Positions 1-12,587 of a stretch of DNA of 64,000 nucleotides are shown here, one piece after another. Both the position numbers and the translations under genes were made by a program. The first letter of the stretch is position 1. Each line of letters opens with the position of its first letter. The stretch is from Octopus vulgaris (Eukaryota), in contig OX597816.1 in assembly GCA_951406725.2 (NCBI GenBank), positions 182,280,001 to 182,344,000 on the forward strand, read 5' to 3'. The notes under the pieces were generated by a model. It searched no databases. It saw only the letters and a program-made list of their open reading frames with translations, and was not told the origin of the DNA.

Positions 1-310
1 AATATGGTTATCTGTAAACTGTTGAGAATTTAAGAAACACAATTTGTTCCTTGAGACTTTGATTTTATGATGTTACCTTGGCAATTAATTACCTTGAAGT
101 TGCAAACGTCACTGTGACAAAGAAAGATAACAAACTACAAAGGTTAGATTAATGAGTTCATTGAAAAGAGGCCATTGTTTACATTGCTGATAGACCAATA
201 CAGGGAATCAACAACTATCTCTGTAATTGTCTTAACTTGACTGTTATTTTTTCGTGCAGATGGTGTCTCAGGATAATTTTCTTAAGTGATTATAATTATT
301 TGACACCCAC

Positions 311-830
311 TTCATCATCGTTTAACGTCTGTTTTTCATGCTGGCATGGGTTAGATGGTTCAACAGGAGTCTGGGAAGCCAGGAAGCTGCACCAGGCTCC
401 AGTCTGTTCTGGCAGTGTTTCTACAGCTGGATGCCCTTCCTAATGCCAACCACTCCGTGAGTGTAGTGGGTGCTTCTTATGTGCCACAGGGTCAGGGGCC
501 AGAGGGTGCTTTTTATGTGCCACTGACAGAAGTGCCAGTTACGCAACACCGGCATTGGCCATGACTACAATCTCAGCGCAGTATATTGCCAGAGGTCTCG
601 GTCATTTCTCACTGCTTCTGTGAGGCCCAATGTTTGAAACATTGCTTTTTACATCCCACTGGCACAGGTGCCAGTTATGCGACAATAGCATCTGCTATGA
701 CTACATTTTCACTTGACTTGACAGGTCTTCTCAAGCACGGCATATAACCCAACGTTCGAAGGGTGCTTTTTATGTGCCAGCTATGCGACACTGGCATTGG
801 CTATGACTAAGATTTCACCTGGTTTGACAG
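311..830 (-). mobile_element. RTE-clade LINE 3' UTR fragment (diverged)
   Basis: catcatcgtttaacgtc tail and gggtgctttttatgtgcca modules shared with the longer RTE copies in this window. Confidence 0.75.
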
Positions 831-1149
831 CCAATAGAAAAATTTTGTTATAATGTGGTAAATACAGAGAAGATTATACTGCACTGAGGAGGTGTAATAA
901 AACTGAAACATGTCCACAGTTGTCTATGATACTTGCTAAGATCAGATTAAAATAATATTAATCCTTATACCAATATTTTCCTAACTTAAGGAAATGGGTG
1001 TGGTAACTTTATATTAAGGAGTGGAATGTATAATTTCTTGTAATTCAGACTGCCTTATGGTACCAGTGGACAAAATGGAAAAAGCGTTACCCAGAAGAAC
1101 TATTATTGATGTTCCTCTCCATTAATATGATGCTGCTAACTGTTATATA

Positions 1150-1523
1150 TGGAAAACCGAAGCTTACTCCCCAACTGCATGGTTCCGGGTTCAGTCTTGC
1201 TGTATGGCACCTTGGGCAAGTGTCTTCTACTATAGCTTTGGGCTAACCAAAGCCTTGTGAGTGGATTTGGTAGCTGGAAACTGAAATAAGCCTGTTGTAT
1301 ATATACATATATATATGTGTGTATTTGTATTTGTCCCCTCCTCACTGCTTGACGACTGGTGTTGGTGTGCTTATGTCCCCATTGTCAAGCGTTTCGGTAA
1401 AAGAAACCGATGGAATAAGTACTAAGCTTTAAAAAAAAATAAGTCGATTTGTTTGACTAAAACCCTTCAAGGCTGCACTCCAGCATGGCCACAATCTAAT
1501 GACTGAAACAAGTAGAAGAATAA
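1150..1523 (+). mobile_element. tRNA-derived SINE family A (CORE-like ccttgggcaag, internal microsatellite)
   Basis: Matches the copies at 3547 and 7731; tail ccagcatggccac...gactgaaacaag. Confidence 0.75.
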
Positions 1524-2086
1524 AGTTTAGTTGTGATTGAGCTGACTTATGATTGAAGTGTTCCAGCTATGACCATTTCTGTTTTCTTTTTTCGACGGAC
1601 GTAGTGTATGCACTCTTCACTACACCATCCAGTGAATGCTTAATTTAAGATAGTTGTGTGTGTGTGGGTTGAAGGAGATTTGGCTGCTATTTTTAGCAAG
1701 ACAAATAACCATGTACAGGCTCTGTTTTAGTATCAGTTGTGCGTTCAATATGCTGCTTTGTTGGCATCTTGTGTTGTGTTTTGTAGTTTAACTTGATTTC
1801 CAACTCGCATATAAAATTTCCTCATTCAGTCATCCATGCAGTATAGCCGCCTTTTACCAGAATTAGGTCATATAGTAATGCTGATGAAGATTTCTGTTCA
1901 CTTTTAGCCCAGTGAAAATTGTATACAAATGGTAATTGTAGATGGGCGACTATATACATAAATAACTTAAGGAAATGTAACTTTTATTACTAGAAAACCA
2001 TTCCAGATATAATTTGCACGCCTTCACTTTTACATTATCCTCTTCAAATAGAGTCCACTTTTAGTGAGAGAATGTATGCATACATA

Positions 2087-3524
2087 TCATCATCATCATC
2101 ATCGTTTAACGTCCGTTTTCCGCACTAGCACGGGTTGGACGGTTCGACCAGGGTCTGGGAAGCCAGGGGCTGCACCAGGCTCCAGTCTGATCTGGCAGTG
2201 TTTCTACAGCTGGATGCCCTTCCTAACGCCAACCACTCCACGAGTGTAGTGGGTGCTTTTTACGTGCCACCGACACAGGTGCCAGGGGAGTCTGGCATTG
2301 GCCACGATCGGTTGGTGCTTTTAACGTGCCACCGGCATGGAAGCCAGTCAAGGCGGCGCTGGTATCGGCCACGTTCGGATGGTGCTTTTTATGTACCACC
2401 GGCACAGAAGCCAGTCGAGGTGGCGCTGGCATCGGCCACGTTATGTGCCACCGGGACAGAAGCCAGTCGAGGCAGCGCTGGCATCAGCCATGTTCGGATG
2501 GTGCTTTTTATGTGCCACCGGCACAGGTATCACAACTACTATTTCCATTGATATTTATTTCAATGTTCATGTACTTGACTCAATAGGTCTCCTCAAGCAC
2601 AGCGGGATGTTCTGGTATCCAAGGTACTTTGAATGGGCAGGGGCTATGCGGGGCTGGTGCAGGAAGCATCCCGGGTCTTTGCAGTCACAGCATATCTCCA
2701 GAGATCACAGTCTTCGTCATTGCCTCTGTGAGGCCCAACGCTCTGAGGTCATGCTTGACTACCTCATCCCATGTCTTCCTGTCCCCCTGATACCTTCAAC
2801 TGTTTGGGAGCGGCACTTCTTCACACATCTCTCCTCATCCATCCGCAGTACATGACCATACCATACCATCGCAAGCGTCACTCTTGCACACCACATCTGA
2901 TGCTTCTTATGTCCAGCATTTCTCTCAGGTTGCTTACACTCTCTCGTGCGTGCACACTGACATTACACATCCAGCGGATCATGCTAGCTTCATTCCTTTC
3001 AAGTCTATGCATGTCCTCTGCAGTCACAGCCCATGTTCCACCACCGTGAAGCATGGCAGTTTGCACATATACATCATACAATCTACCTTTCACTCTGAGT
3101 GAGAGACCCTTTGTCGCCAGTAGGGGTAGGAGCTTTCTAAACCTTGCCCAGGCTGTTTGTATTCTAGTGGTGACACTCTCTCAGCATCCACCTCCACTAC
3201 TAACTCGGTCACCCAGGTAGCAGAAACTATCAACCACTTCCAGCTTCTCCCCCTGGAGTGTGATGGAATCTGTTTTCTGAGTATCTGTGGTGTCTATTGT
3301 CCCTGTGCATCTGCCGCACATGAAAGCTATCTTATCAGTTAATTTCCCTTTCATGTTGCTGCACCTCTTACGCGTCCATAGCTTACACTGGGTACATCTT
3401 ATGGAGTTTCTACCTACACCTTTCCTACAGATCGAGCAGGGCCACCTGCCCAAGGTGGGTGCGTGCTGAGTTCGCCTTTCTGCTCACTATAACTTTGGTC
3501 TTTGCTACATTTACTCTAACCCTT
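2087..3524 (-). mobile_element. RTE-clade LINE, 5'-truncated
   Basis: Minus-strand peptides GRWPCSICRKGVGRNSIRCTQC and AMLHG..TWAVTAED..EASMIRWMC (RTE ORF C-terminus), modular 3' UTR, (GAT)n tail. Confidence 0.9.
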
Positions 3525-3546
3525 GATTATTATTATTATTATTATA

Positions 3547-3968
3547 GGCGCAGGAGTGGCTGTGTGGTAAGTAGCTTGCTTACCAACCACATGATTCCAG
3601 GTTCATTCCCACTGTATGGCACATTGGGCAAGTGTCTTCTACTATAGCCTCAGGCCAACCAAAGCCTTGTGAGTGGATTTGGTAGACGGAAACTGAAAGA
3701 AGCTCGCTGTATATATGTGTGTGTGTGTGTATATATATATGTGTGTGTGTGTATATATGTTTGTGTGTCTGTTTGTCCCCCCAACATCGCTTGACAACCA
3801 ATGCTGGTGTGTTTACGTCCCCGTAACTTAGCAGTTTGGCAAAAGAGACTGATAGAATAAGTACTAGGTGTACAAAGAATAAGTCCTGGGATTGATTTGC
3901 TTGACTAAAGGTGGTGCTCCAGCTTGGCCACAGTCAAATGACTGAAACAAATAAAAGAGTAAAGAGTA
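3547..3968 (+). mobile_element. SINE family A, full length
   Basis: ggcgcaggagtggctgtgtggtaag head with A/B-box-like motifs; (taaaagag)n tail. Confidence 0.85.
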
Positions 3969-3975
3969 TTATTAT

Positions 3976-4315
3976 TTTGCCTTTCATCCTTTCGGGGTCA
4001 ATAAAATAAGTACCAGTTGAACACTGGGGTCAACGTAATAGACTCATCCCCTCCTCCAAAATGGCTGCCCTTGTGGCAAAATTTGGAATCATTGTTATTG
4101 GTGAGCTGGCAGAGTCATTAGCACATTGGGCAAAATGCTTAGCATTTCGTCTGTCAGCACAATCTGAGTTCAAATTCCGCTGATGTCAACTTTGCTTTCC
4201 ATCCTTTCAGAGTTGATAAATTAAGTACCAGTGAAACACTGGGGTCAACGTAATCGACTAATACCTGCCTCCAAATTTTTAGGCCTTGTGCCTTTGTGAA
4301 AGGATTATTATTATT
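3976..4315 (+). mobile_element. tRNA-derived SINE family B, one partial plus one full copy
   Basis: gagctggcagagtcattagc head, gagttcaaattcc B box, gcctttcatcctttcggggtc central domain, ggccttgtgcc tail + (att)n. Confidence 0.8.
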
Positions 4316-4823
4316 ATTATTTAAAACAGTTTGATTCAGATCAACCGGAAGTCGTCGTAATTGACGGAGTGCTTCTACGACTGCTTCTTAAGACGTAGCT
4401 TTTACCCGAGTTACTTGCTCCTGTAATATGCAAGCCGTTAATTTTGGGATTAAGTTTATGACAGACTTCGAATGTGTGTCTAAGATGTTGCTCCAGTTAT
4501 TTTGGTATTGTAGTTTCGGCGTGTTTTTGCAGAATCTTATAATGTCCCCCATGTCTGTGCTGTTGCATTTCTTCATAATTTTCTTAATGAAGTCGTATTC
4601 AGCTCTATGTGACTTAAAGTTTCACAGCTTCTTAAGAGAAATCTAACTCATTCAGGCTCAAATTACTGAATCTATGTAACTCCTACTAAATGTGTGGAGT
4701 GTTCTTTTTTCCTTTCATTTCTTCACTCACTTGTTTGTGTGTGTGTGTAAATATATATATATATGTGTGTATATGTATATATGTATATGTATATATGTAT
4801 ATGTATATGTCTATATATGTATA

Positions 4824-4861
<38 letters not shown>

Positions 4862-4890
4862 CATTTATATATATATATATATAAATATTG

Positions 4891-5094
4891 TTTTGCTTGT
4901 TTGTCATTTGATTGCGGCCATGCTGGAGCATCGCCTTTAGTCGAGCAAAGTGATCCCAGGACTTATTTTTTGTAAGCCTGGTACTTATTGTATCGGTCTC
5001 TTATGCCGAACTGCTAAGTTACGGGGACGTAAACACACCAGCATCGGTTGTCAAGTGATGTTGGTGGGGCAAACACAGACACACAAACATATAC

Positions 5095-5143
<49 letters not shown>

Positions 5144-5309
5144 ATACAACAAGCTTCTTTCAGTTTCCATCTACCAAATCCATTCACAAGGCTTTGGTCA
5201 GTCCGAGGCTATAGTAGAAGACAGTTGCCCAAGGTGCCACGCAGTGGGACTGAACCTGGAACCATGTGGTTCGTAAGTAAGCTACTTACCACACAGCCAC
5301 TCCTGCGCC
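4891..5309 (-). mobile_element. SINE family A, full length
   Basis: Reverse complement of the 3547 copy. Confidence 0.85.
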
Positions 5310-5328
5310 TATAAAATTATAGAGAGGC

Positions 5329-5383
<55 letters not shown>

Positions 5384-5399
5384 CACACACTCACACACA

Positions 5400-6231
5400 C
5401 GAGGTGGTATTAAAAAGTTCCAGGGATTGTTATGTTTTATAAAAAAAATAACTTATTTACCTAAGTTTTAACATTATCTCCTTTGAAATAGGTACCTTGT
5501 GCTGCAGTACACCTGTCACAGCATTCCTACCACTTTTGGAATCTGGCTTGGAAGTCATTTTCTGTGAGTTGAGGACCTCCTACAATTTGCTCTTGATCTT
5601 TACATTGGTGTCAAAATGACGACCTGTAAGCCGCATGTTGTTTTTGGCAAGAAACTCAGGTGTAAGGAGAGCACAATGACAGAGTGCATTGTCATTGCGA
5701 AGAATCCAATTCTTTGCGTTCCTCTTGCTTTTACTGAATGTCCTCCCCCAAACAATTAGAAACATTTGCAGTAGAACTCTCGATTGGCAGTCTAAGCCCT
5801 GAGAGACAAATTCTTGATGCACAGTACAACATTTCCAGGGGTGACACTTGTGGCAGGTATTCCTGATTGCTCATCATCTTCCAGGGTTGTTCTTCCACTT
5901 TTGAAGCACCTGTGTCACTTGAAACATTGACCGATTGCCTTGTTTGTCATAAGCCTGCAGAAGCATCCTCAATGCCTTTGTAGCAGACTTCCCAAATTTA
6001 TCACAAAATTTCACATTGGCTCTTCTTGTCTATGACAAAATCGCAGACTACAGCGTACATGTAATCACAAAAACACAAATTTCACAACTTGCGAAGTAAA
6101 CATAGTGATGTCACTTGGCACATTGTCTCATGAAGGATGGTCACTGCTAACTCTCACTTTGCATGCAGTCATGTGCTGCCATCTGTTGGCATGCTACAGT
6201 ACTTGTTCAGGAACTTTTTGATACCACCTTA
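5400..6231 (-). mobile_element. Internally deleted mariner transposon
   Basis: 22-bp TIRs cgaggtggtattaaaaagttcc / ggaactttttgataccacctta. Remnants WILRNDNALCH (HDNA motif) and C-terminal RCTAAQGTYFKGD. Confidence 0.85.
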
Positions 6232-6254
6232 TATATATATAATATACTAGTAGG

Positions 6255-6397
6255 CGTTAGGAAGGGCATCCAGCCATAGAAACACTGCCAGATCAGACTG
6301 GAGCCTGGTGCAGCCTTCTGGCTTCCCAGACCCCGGTTGAACCGTCCAACCCATGCTAGCATGGAAAACGGACGTTAAACGATGATGATGATGATGA
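6255..6397 (+). mobile_element. RTE LINE 3' terminal stub with TSD
   Basis: Ends ggacgttaaac(gat)n; tagtagg duplicated at 6248-6254 and 6398-6404. Confidence 0.85.
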
Positions 6398-7730
6398 TAG
6401 TAGGAGAACCCAGCTTTGCTTGGTTATGGTCTTAATAGGTTCTACCATTTTTTACGTTGTACACCTCTTTGAATATTTTTTGCGTTGAGTTGCACTTGAG
6501 GAAGAAGTGATTTTTCCCATAGACCATAAATAAATTAGTAACAACAAGGTGAAAAGCTTTGGAGAAGCCACAAGAGCATTGTAGGGGGTGCAGCAATTGA
6601 ATGGAAAGAGGCCCTGAAAAGGGCCATGTTATCATTCTTACAATAGCCCTGGAAAGATTGTTAACTGTTCACAGGTATAAACGTCCTTTTCCATTCACAT
6701 GAAAAACAGTGGGTGCAGGAATTTCGAAACTTAAGCCATCTGCAAGGAGAATGAGAAGCCGTAGTGGTCAAAATAAAAAAAGACTTAAGAAAAACAGGTA
6801 ATTTTGAAAGAATGGTAACAATTGTACTCACCATAAATTGGTTTGGCAGGGAAGCTGTGGCATCCGACGTATAATTGGCCATACGAGAAGCATGGTTGAC
6901 TTAAATGGAGGCCAGTCGTTGTTAGTGTTTGGCCTTAGGATTTGTTGATGGACATGGCAAAGCAAAATCAAAGAAGGAACTGAAGTCAACGTAAGGGACA
7001 GGGTCATTGCTTATCTGATGGAGTAAGAGGTATCCTAGGTATAGAGACGTCTCCGATGCCACAACCCGTAAGAATTGGTGCTTCAATAACATGAAGCAGC
7101 ACATTTTTTACCACTAACTGCGTTCCGTTGCACAGACATAGTGGCTCCAGGTTCCTTAGCTCCAGTTGTGAGGTGCAATTGATGAGGCGGTAAGTCCAGA
7201 GGGGTCCAAGGAATTGAAGAATTCTGTGGGAAAATTAACGGCCTCTTCTTGGTCCTCAACAGTGTCCACAAACTTGTAGATGTGAAGGTTTCCAGGAAGG
7301 CTTTGCAGTAGGTCTTCATTGAGTTTCGCTACAAATGTATTTTTGGGGAGCTGATATGGCCCTTTTGCACAGCCAATAAAGGTTTTGGTAGTTTATAGAT
7401 TGGGAAAAACAGCGGTCGTAAGGCCATCCACAGTGTCCACAGGTGTACCTATGTGTGAGACAGCCATCTCTCTAGCTGCATCGGAGGGAGCGTGCCATCA
7501 CCAGCGGTGAGAAGTTGCTTGGAGAAGTCACCTGATAAGTTGTTGCTAAAAAGCTGGGCCCTCATGTTCAGCCAAAAATGAGGGATTTCGGGGCAAAAAA
7601 CTGATTTTCTACTCAGTTTTTTTTGCAATTGTTGGTCATATGCGAATGAATTCTGTGCAAATTGGCATCTCCTAATGTTATGCTTCGGATGAGTAAATAG
7701 TGTGTAAAGTTTGAACGCAATCCACTGATA

Positions 7731-7899
7731 GGCGCAGGAGTGGCTGTGTGGTAAGTAGCTTGCTAACCAACCACATGGTTCTGGGTTCAATCCCACTGCG
7801 TGGCATCTTGGGCAAGTGTCTTCTGCTATAGCCCCGGGCCGACCAATGCCTTGTGAGTGGATTTGGTAGACGGAAACTGAAAGAAGCCTGTCGTATATA

Positions 7900-7930
<31 letters not shown>

Positions 7931-8106
7931 CTGTGTTTGTCCCCCTAGCATTGCTTGACAACCGATGCTGGTGTGTTTATGTCCCTGTTACTTAGCAGTT
8001 CGGCAAAAAGAGACCGATAGAATAAGTACTGGGCTTACAAAAAGAATAAGTCCCGGGGTCGAGTTGCTCGATTAAAGGCGTAAAAGAGTAAAAGAGTAAA
8101 GAGTAA
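7731..8106 (+). mobile_element. SINE family A inserted in the Helitron
   Basis: Full head and body; lacks the ~35-bp LINE-like segment before the (taaaagag)n tail. Confidence 0.85.
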
Positions 8107-8519
8107 GCAGTGAGAAGTTTTTGAAGAATTAAAAGGGAAAAAAGTGTATAAAAATCTTTTTGTTTTTTCACAGTTTTTTGTGTTTTTTGTTGCACAGGGA
8201 TGCCTTTGGACATAAAAAAGATACTTGATAGCACCACTGTTACACTTTTCAGTAGAAAGCTTTCTACTGTGTAACTTTGCAAAAATGCGAAAAAAATAAA
8301 AAAAATCGTTCCTGTAAAAACTTTTCTCACGTGCAACTTTTGCTTTTCTTTGCAACAAGTGTGTGTGTGTGTGGGGGGGGGGCTCCAGTTTTATCAATTT
8401 TTCTCTTAGAAGCAGGTATCTCTTGGCATCTGTGATGGGGCAGTGACCTGCCTGGGTAAATTTGCCATTTAATAAAAAAATTTCATCAAAATTGGATGAA
8501 AAAATGGGAAACCACATAA

Positions 8520-8568
<49 letters not shown>

Positions 8569-8726
8569 TTTGAGTTTTATAGCTATAGATACATACATAC
8601 ACACATGTATGTATGTATGTGTATATATATATTATGTATAATAAACAGATAATGGAGAAATATTGATCAACAACAATTGACTTACGTCAATTATTATTTT
8701 TTAATTCAATACAAATAGATTGTATC

Positions 8727-8842
8727 CAATCTAACAGCTGTTTCTGCTTCCAATGTCCTATGGTATTGCCATTGAAAATTCTGAAAATAATATCATATTT
8801 GGTAATACTCAGGTCTGGAACATGGAGCTTCATCAGAGTGAA
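8727..8842 (-). ncRNA. Candidate hammerhead ribozyme with long stem II (Penelope-type remnant)
   Basis: Minus strand CTGATGA-AGCTCCATGTTCC...GGACATTGGAAGCA-GAAAC-AGCT-GTT; palindromic stem III; stem I weak. Confidence 0.5.
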
Positions 8843-9256
8843 GAAAAATGTGAATGACGTTGTAGGATAGGGTTTATGTTTATGAAAATTAACCCCTATG
8901 TTTGTGTGATCACAAGTCTTTGATCAGCCTGAAGCTATAGTAGGAAACATTTAACGAAAGTGCCTCACAGTGGGACTGAACCTGAAACTATGCAGTTGGG
9001 AAACGAACTTCTTACCACACAGCCACACCTGCACCTATTTGGATAGTTTATGACACAAAAATAGTCTTTTTCGCACTATCAAACCATGGAGTGATAGTAA
9101 AATACACCAATATATCACTGAAATGCCACATGTAACAGTAAACAACACTGTATTGTGAAAAGAAATGCATCATGTAAGCAAAAGAATTGCATGTTTCATA
9201 TTAATTTAGCAGCTGAAGATGTAGAAGATGCCTAAAAGCGATGCTGGTTTCACTTT

Positions 9257-9474
9257 CCAACTCTTTAGTATTTATATTATTCTGTAAAATGCAATGTTTA
9301 TTCAAATTGTTTTAAATTAATCATGCATTGTCTTGTATCTTTGAGATTTTGATGATATGACTGTTTAATTTTGGAATGACATTGTAGGGTAGGTGGGAGA
9401 GGCTGGATCTAGTCAGCTTGAATGGATAGAATATTTGGGGCCAGATACTGCTGGTTTAAATGCTAATGGTTTAA
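9257..9474 (-). mobile_element. Small TTAA-bounded MITE-like repeat (related copy at about 58306-58500)
   Basis: Degenerate ttaaccctttagcatt-type termini; internal sequence shared in reverse with 58306-58500. Confidence 0.45.
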
Positions 9475-9529
9475 GGAAGTAGCTTTCTTCTAGATTGTCG
9501 AACATGTTGGTTTCTGTTTACTTTTCTTA

Positions 9530-10030
9530 TTAGATACTGACAACAGTCTCTCATTACATTTGATTTCCATTGTTTTTTCCCATCATTTTTATATCCTGGT
9601 GGAGGAATTTTGCAGGCTCTTCACTATTATCAGTGAAGATAGGAGCTGTTAGGAAAATGGCAGTGGAAGAAATGCACTCTAATACTCCTGTAAGTTCCTG
9701 TGAGGACAAATTTAACTTGTTCACCAGATCTTCATAGGTTTCAGATTTATTTTTGCCCAAATCATTTTTCCCAACTTTTTTGAATGCTTCTTTAGAATTT
9801 TGTCAACATATTTAAATAAAGCAATATTTCATCTTTAATGGACTTATCGTAGATTAAGTCCATTAAAGATTCTTGCCTTCAATCTCACTTGACTTAGAGC
9901 TAAAAATTTTCCACATTGATAAATATTTAAAAGTCATTTCCCTTATGTAAAACTTAAACAAATGGTTTCATTAAACTGTGAAGTGCTTAAGAGCGAGACA
10001 TTTTCTGGTCTTATTAGGTATGGGTTGTTT
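9530..10030 (-). mobile_element. Decayed DNA-transposase remnant, Chapaev3-like
   Basis: GKNKSETYEDLV...SEEPAKFLHQDIKMM resembles the GN.K..NY..LV / SDE.GERFHQDI motifs. Family assigned from memory. Confidence 0.5.
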
Positions 10031-10038
10031 ATGAGGTA

Positions 10039-10604
10039 TTGGGTTGTCCGGAAAGTTCGTGCCGATTTTTAAAGGAAAGAAAATGGACAATAAATACTTG
10101 CCATTACATTTTTAATCAACCAGATATGAACCATTTTGTTGCACAATGCGTCTCCATCTTTCCTTTAACTTGAAAATACCCTCTTCCCAGAATTGAGGTG
10201 GTTTCATGGCAAAGAATTCATCAAAGTATCTTTTTACGTCATCCAAGGAATTGAAATTTTTACCATTAAGACTATTCTTCAAAGACCTGAATAAGTGGAA
10301 ATCCAAAGGAGCAATATCTGATGAATATGGAGGGTAGGGTAACTCATTCCAGCCAAGCTGCAGCAATTTTTGTCTGGTTCCCAAAGCATCAAGTGCCAAA
10401 AATGAACTTTCTTATCTTCCATTTAAAAGGGTTACAGAATTAACACAGGTTATAGGAACATAAACCTTATTCCACGAAAAGATAGCTTAAACTGTGCTCT
10501 AAATGGAGGTGTAGTCAAATCTTATTTTATGGACTCAACCATGTTCTAAAATAAGTTAAAAGGTAAGCTACTATAAATCAGCATGAACTTCCCGAACAAC
10601 CCAA
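10039..10604 (-). mobile_element. Internally deleted mariner transposon
   Basis: TA-flanked TIRs ttgggttgtccggaaagttcgtgccgattt / aaatcagcatgaacttcccgaacaacccaa. ORF 10112-10399 with PPYSSDIAPLDFHLFRSL (YSPDLAP motif). Confidence 0.92.
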
Positions 10605-12139
10605 TACTTTCCAGCATCAAAATGCCTTCTTTCTGACCATTCTCTTCTCACCTAATGATCTCATTTGATTGTTCCATTAATGCACTCAAAGAAAACAACA
10701 AAAAGTCAAGGAACTGAGTGCAGGTAATTTGTTGGCCAAGTAGTATGCAAATCAAAATCTCAACATATTGTTTAACTGTGTTTGAAGTATTCAAAGCTTT
10801 TCAGTACATGTTGTCTCTCTTATTACTTGATTCATTCATCACTAGTCTTGGATAACATGGTATGCTCATTTGTGAACCATATTACACTTATCAAGGATTG
10901 ATATGTGATAACACAGGCTGGCAAATCAGTCAAAGATTCTACTTGTATTGCAAAAATGCACCGACTATAATTGGTTCCAAGGCTTCTAACTAAACTCGAA
11001 AAATGATGTAACATGGAAAAATACTTTTAAAACTTTCATTAGCTTTTATCTCTGTTTTCATAAATAGTTTGTACGTATTTTCACATGTATTTTGATTTTC
11101 TATTTCAGTATTGGTTTTAAGGCATTTGTTCTTTTAAATTTTTATGCTTTAAATATGTTAGCCGAGACTAATCAGCTGAAGTTGAGATTTATTTTTCTCA
11201 TTAATTTCTTCAAGAAAATGACGTAAAATAACTGGAAATGATGGAAGTTCAGGTATGCCTGTTTATAAACACAATGGGTTTCTTTATAATTTTGATTTTG
11301 CAATTTCACTCACAGCACCATCAGATAACTGTATAAGCTAGCAAGGAACCCTGTTATATGGTTGCATTACCTGCTAGATAGAACAACCAAATCTCCCCCA
11401 AATCACATCCTACCATCTTCAGAAAAGAAAAAAAGACTCTCTTTGGATCTTGTAATCTTAGATGCAGTGTACATAAAAGATTAAAAAAAAAAATGGAATG
11501 GTTGTTGCTGAAAAGATTTTGGGCCTTAGGTCTGCTCTAGCAATTTAACAACAACAACAACAACAACTACAATTACTATTATGCTGGTCTAACATACTTT
11601 CAAATGTTTTATTCCCCCTTCTCAGTGTCTCTGACATTTACCCTCTTTAACTTCCTTTATGTGACCTTTTGGTGCCAGCCACAGAGTTTGTTTGATTAAA
11701 ATTTTTGTAACACTGTATGTGCATGTATATAGTGTGTGTGTGTGTGTGTATGGAGTAATATCAAAGTCTATGTGTATTTTCACTAATTCTATATTTTGGT
11801 CTACAAATATATGTGCTTGCCTCTGTATACATACATAGTCGCATGCCAGCACACATGCATGAGCGCTCATACATCAGTGGCTGTCAACTTGTTAATCAAA
11901 TATGACTCTTTGGCACTAAACTAACAACACACAACTAATATGCAAAAAGACATTATCTTGTATAATTTAGGATAAAATTACTAAAGGCCATAAATGGACA
12001 ATAAACCATAGCAATGAACACAGCAGGGACTGTTAACAATGATGTTAGAAAGTCCTGTGCAGAATTTAAGTCCTGTGCAACTTGGCACTGCATTGTACCA
12101 CTCTCCCAAGTAGTGCTAAGTGCCTCCAAAGATAGGCCA

Positions 12140-12394
12140 AGGCTAGATGTCTGGCTCACCAATTCTAGTGGCTGTTACATTAGAGTATCATCTCAATGTT
12201 GGATGGCCATTGATTTTCATGAGTTCCTCTGCCCTTTGATGAGTTTTGTTTTTCATCCCACAGGGTGTCCAGCTGTCACCCTCCTCACTGAGCTTGCTTG
12301 GTATGGTTGCCAGTTTTGTCACCGATGACCTCTCCAGGCAATAGTTGGGCTGGGTTACATGTTATCAGTAGTGCTCAAGAACCAGTGACTTGAC
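12140..12394 (-). mobile_element. Dispersed repeat, probable RTE-type LINE 5' UTR fragment
   Basis: Diverged reverse-complement homologue of 35242-35500. Confidence 0.5.
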
Positions 12395-12587
12395 ATACAC
12401 ATACATATGCACACACACACACACACACACACGTACATGAATGCAGACATCCATAGACAAACACACATACACATGCATTCATAGAATATTGGTGGAACAT
12501 CCAATTTAAGCACCAGCTTAGTACAATGGCAACAGACCTAATAATGTTCTGTGGAGACGGGAGCAAAAGTCAAACACTGTTGTAGAG

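Larger units (their letters stand above)
6247..8589 (-). mobile_element. Helitron, internally deleted, retaining a decayed PIF1 helicase C-terminus
   Basis: 5' A|TC at 8589, 3' hairpin + CTAG|T at 6247. Motifs NMRAQLF..FSKQLLTAGDG, EFFNSLDPSGLPPHQL, FAMSINKS*GQTL, YGQLYVG. Interrupted by an RTE tail and a SINE. Confidence 0.85.

Noticed and set aside
2250-2530. CRISPR-like array of ~24-bp repeats with ~35-bp spacers
   Set aside because: It lies within the RTE 3' UTR, spacers are related to each other, and it recurs with each LINE copy.
4330-4650. Non-repetitive, coding-looking stretch after an aaacag acceptor
   Set aside because: All plus frames stop early, the minus ORF is short with no recognisable motif, and no compatible splice partner was found.
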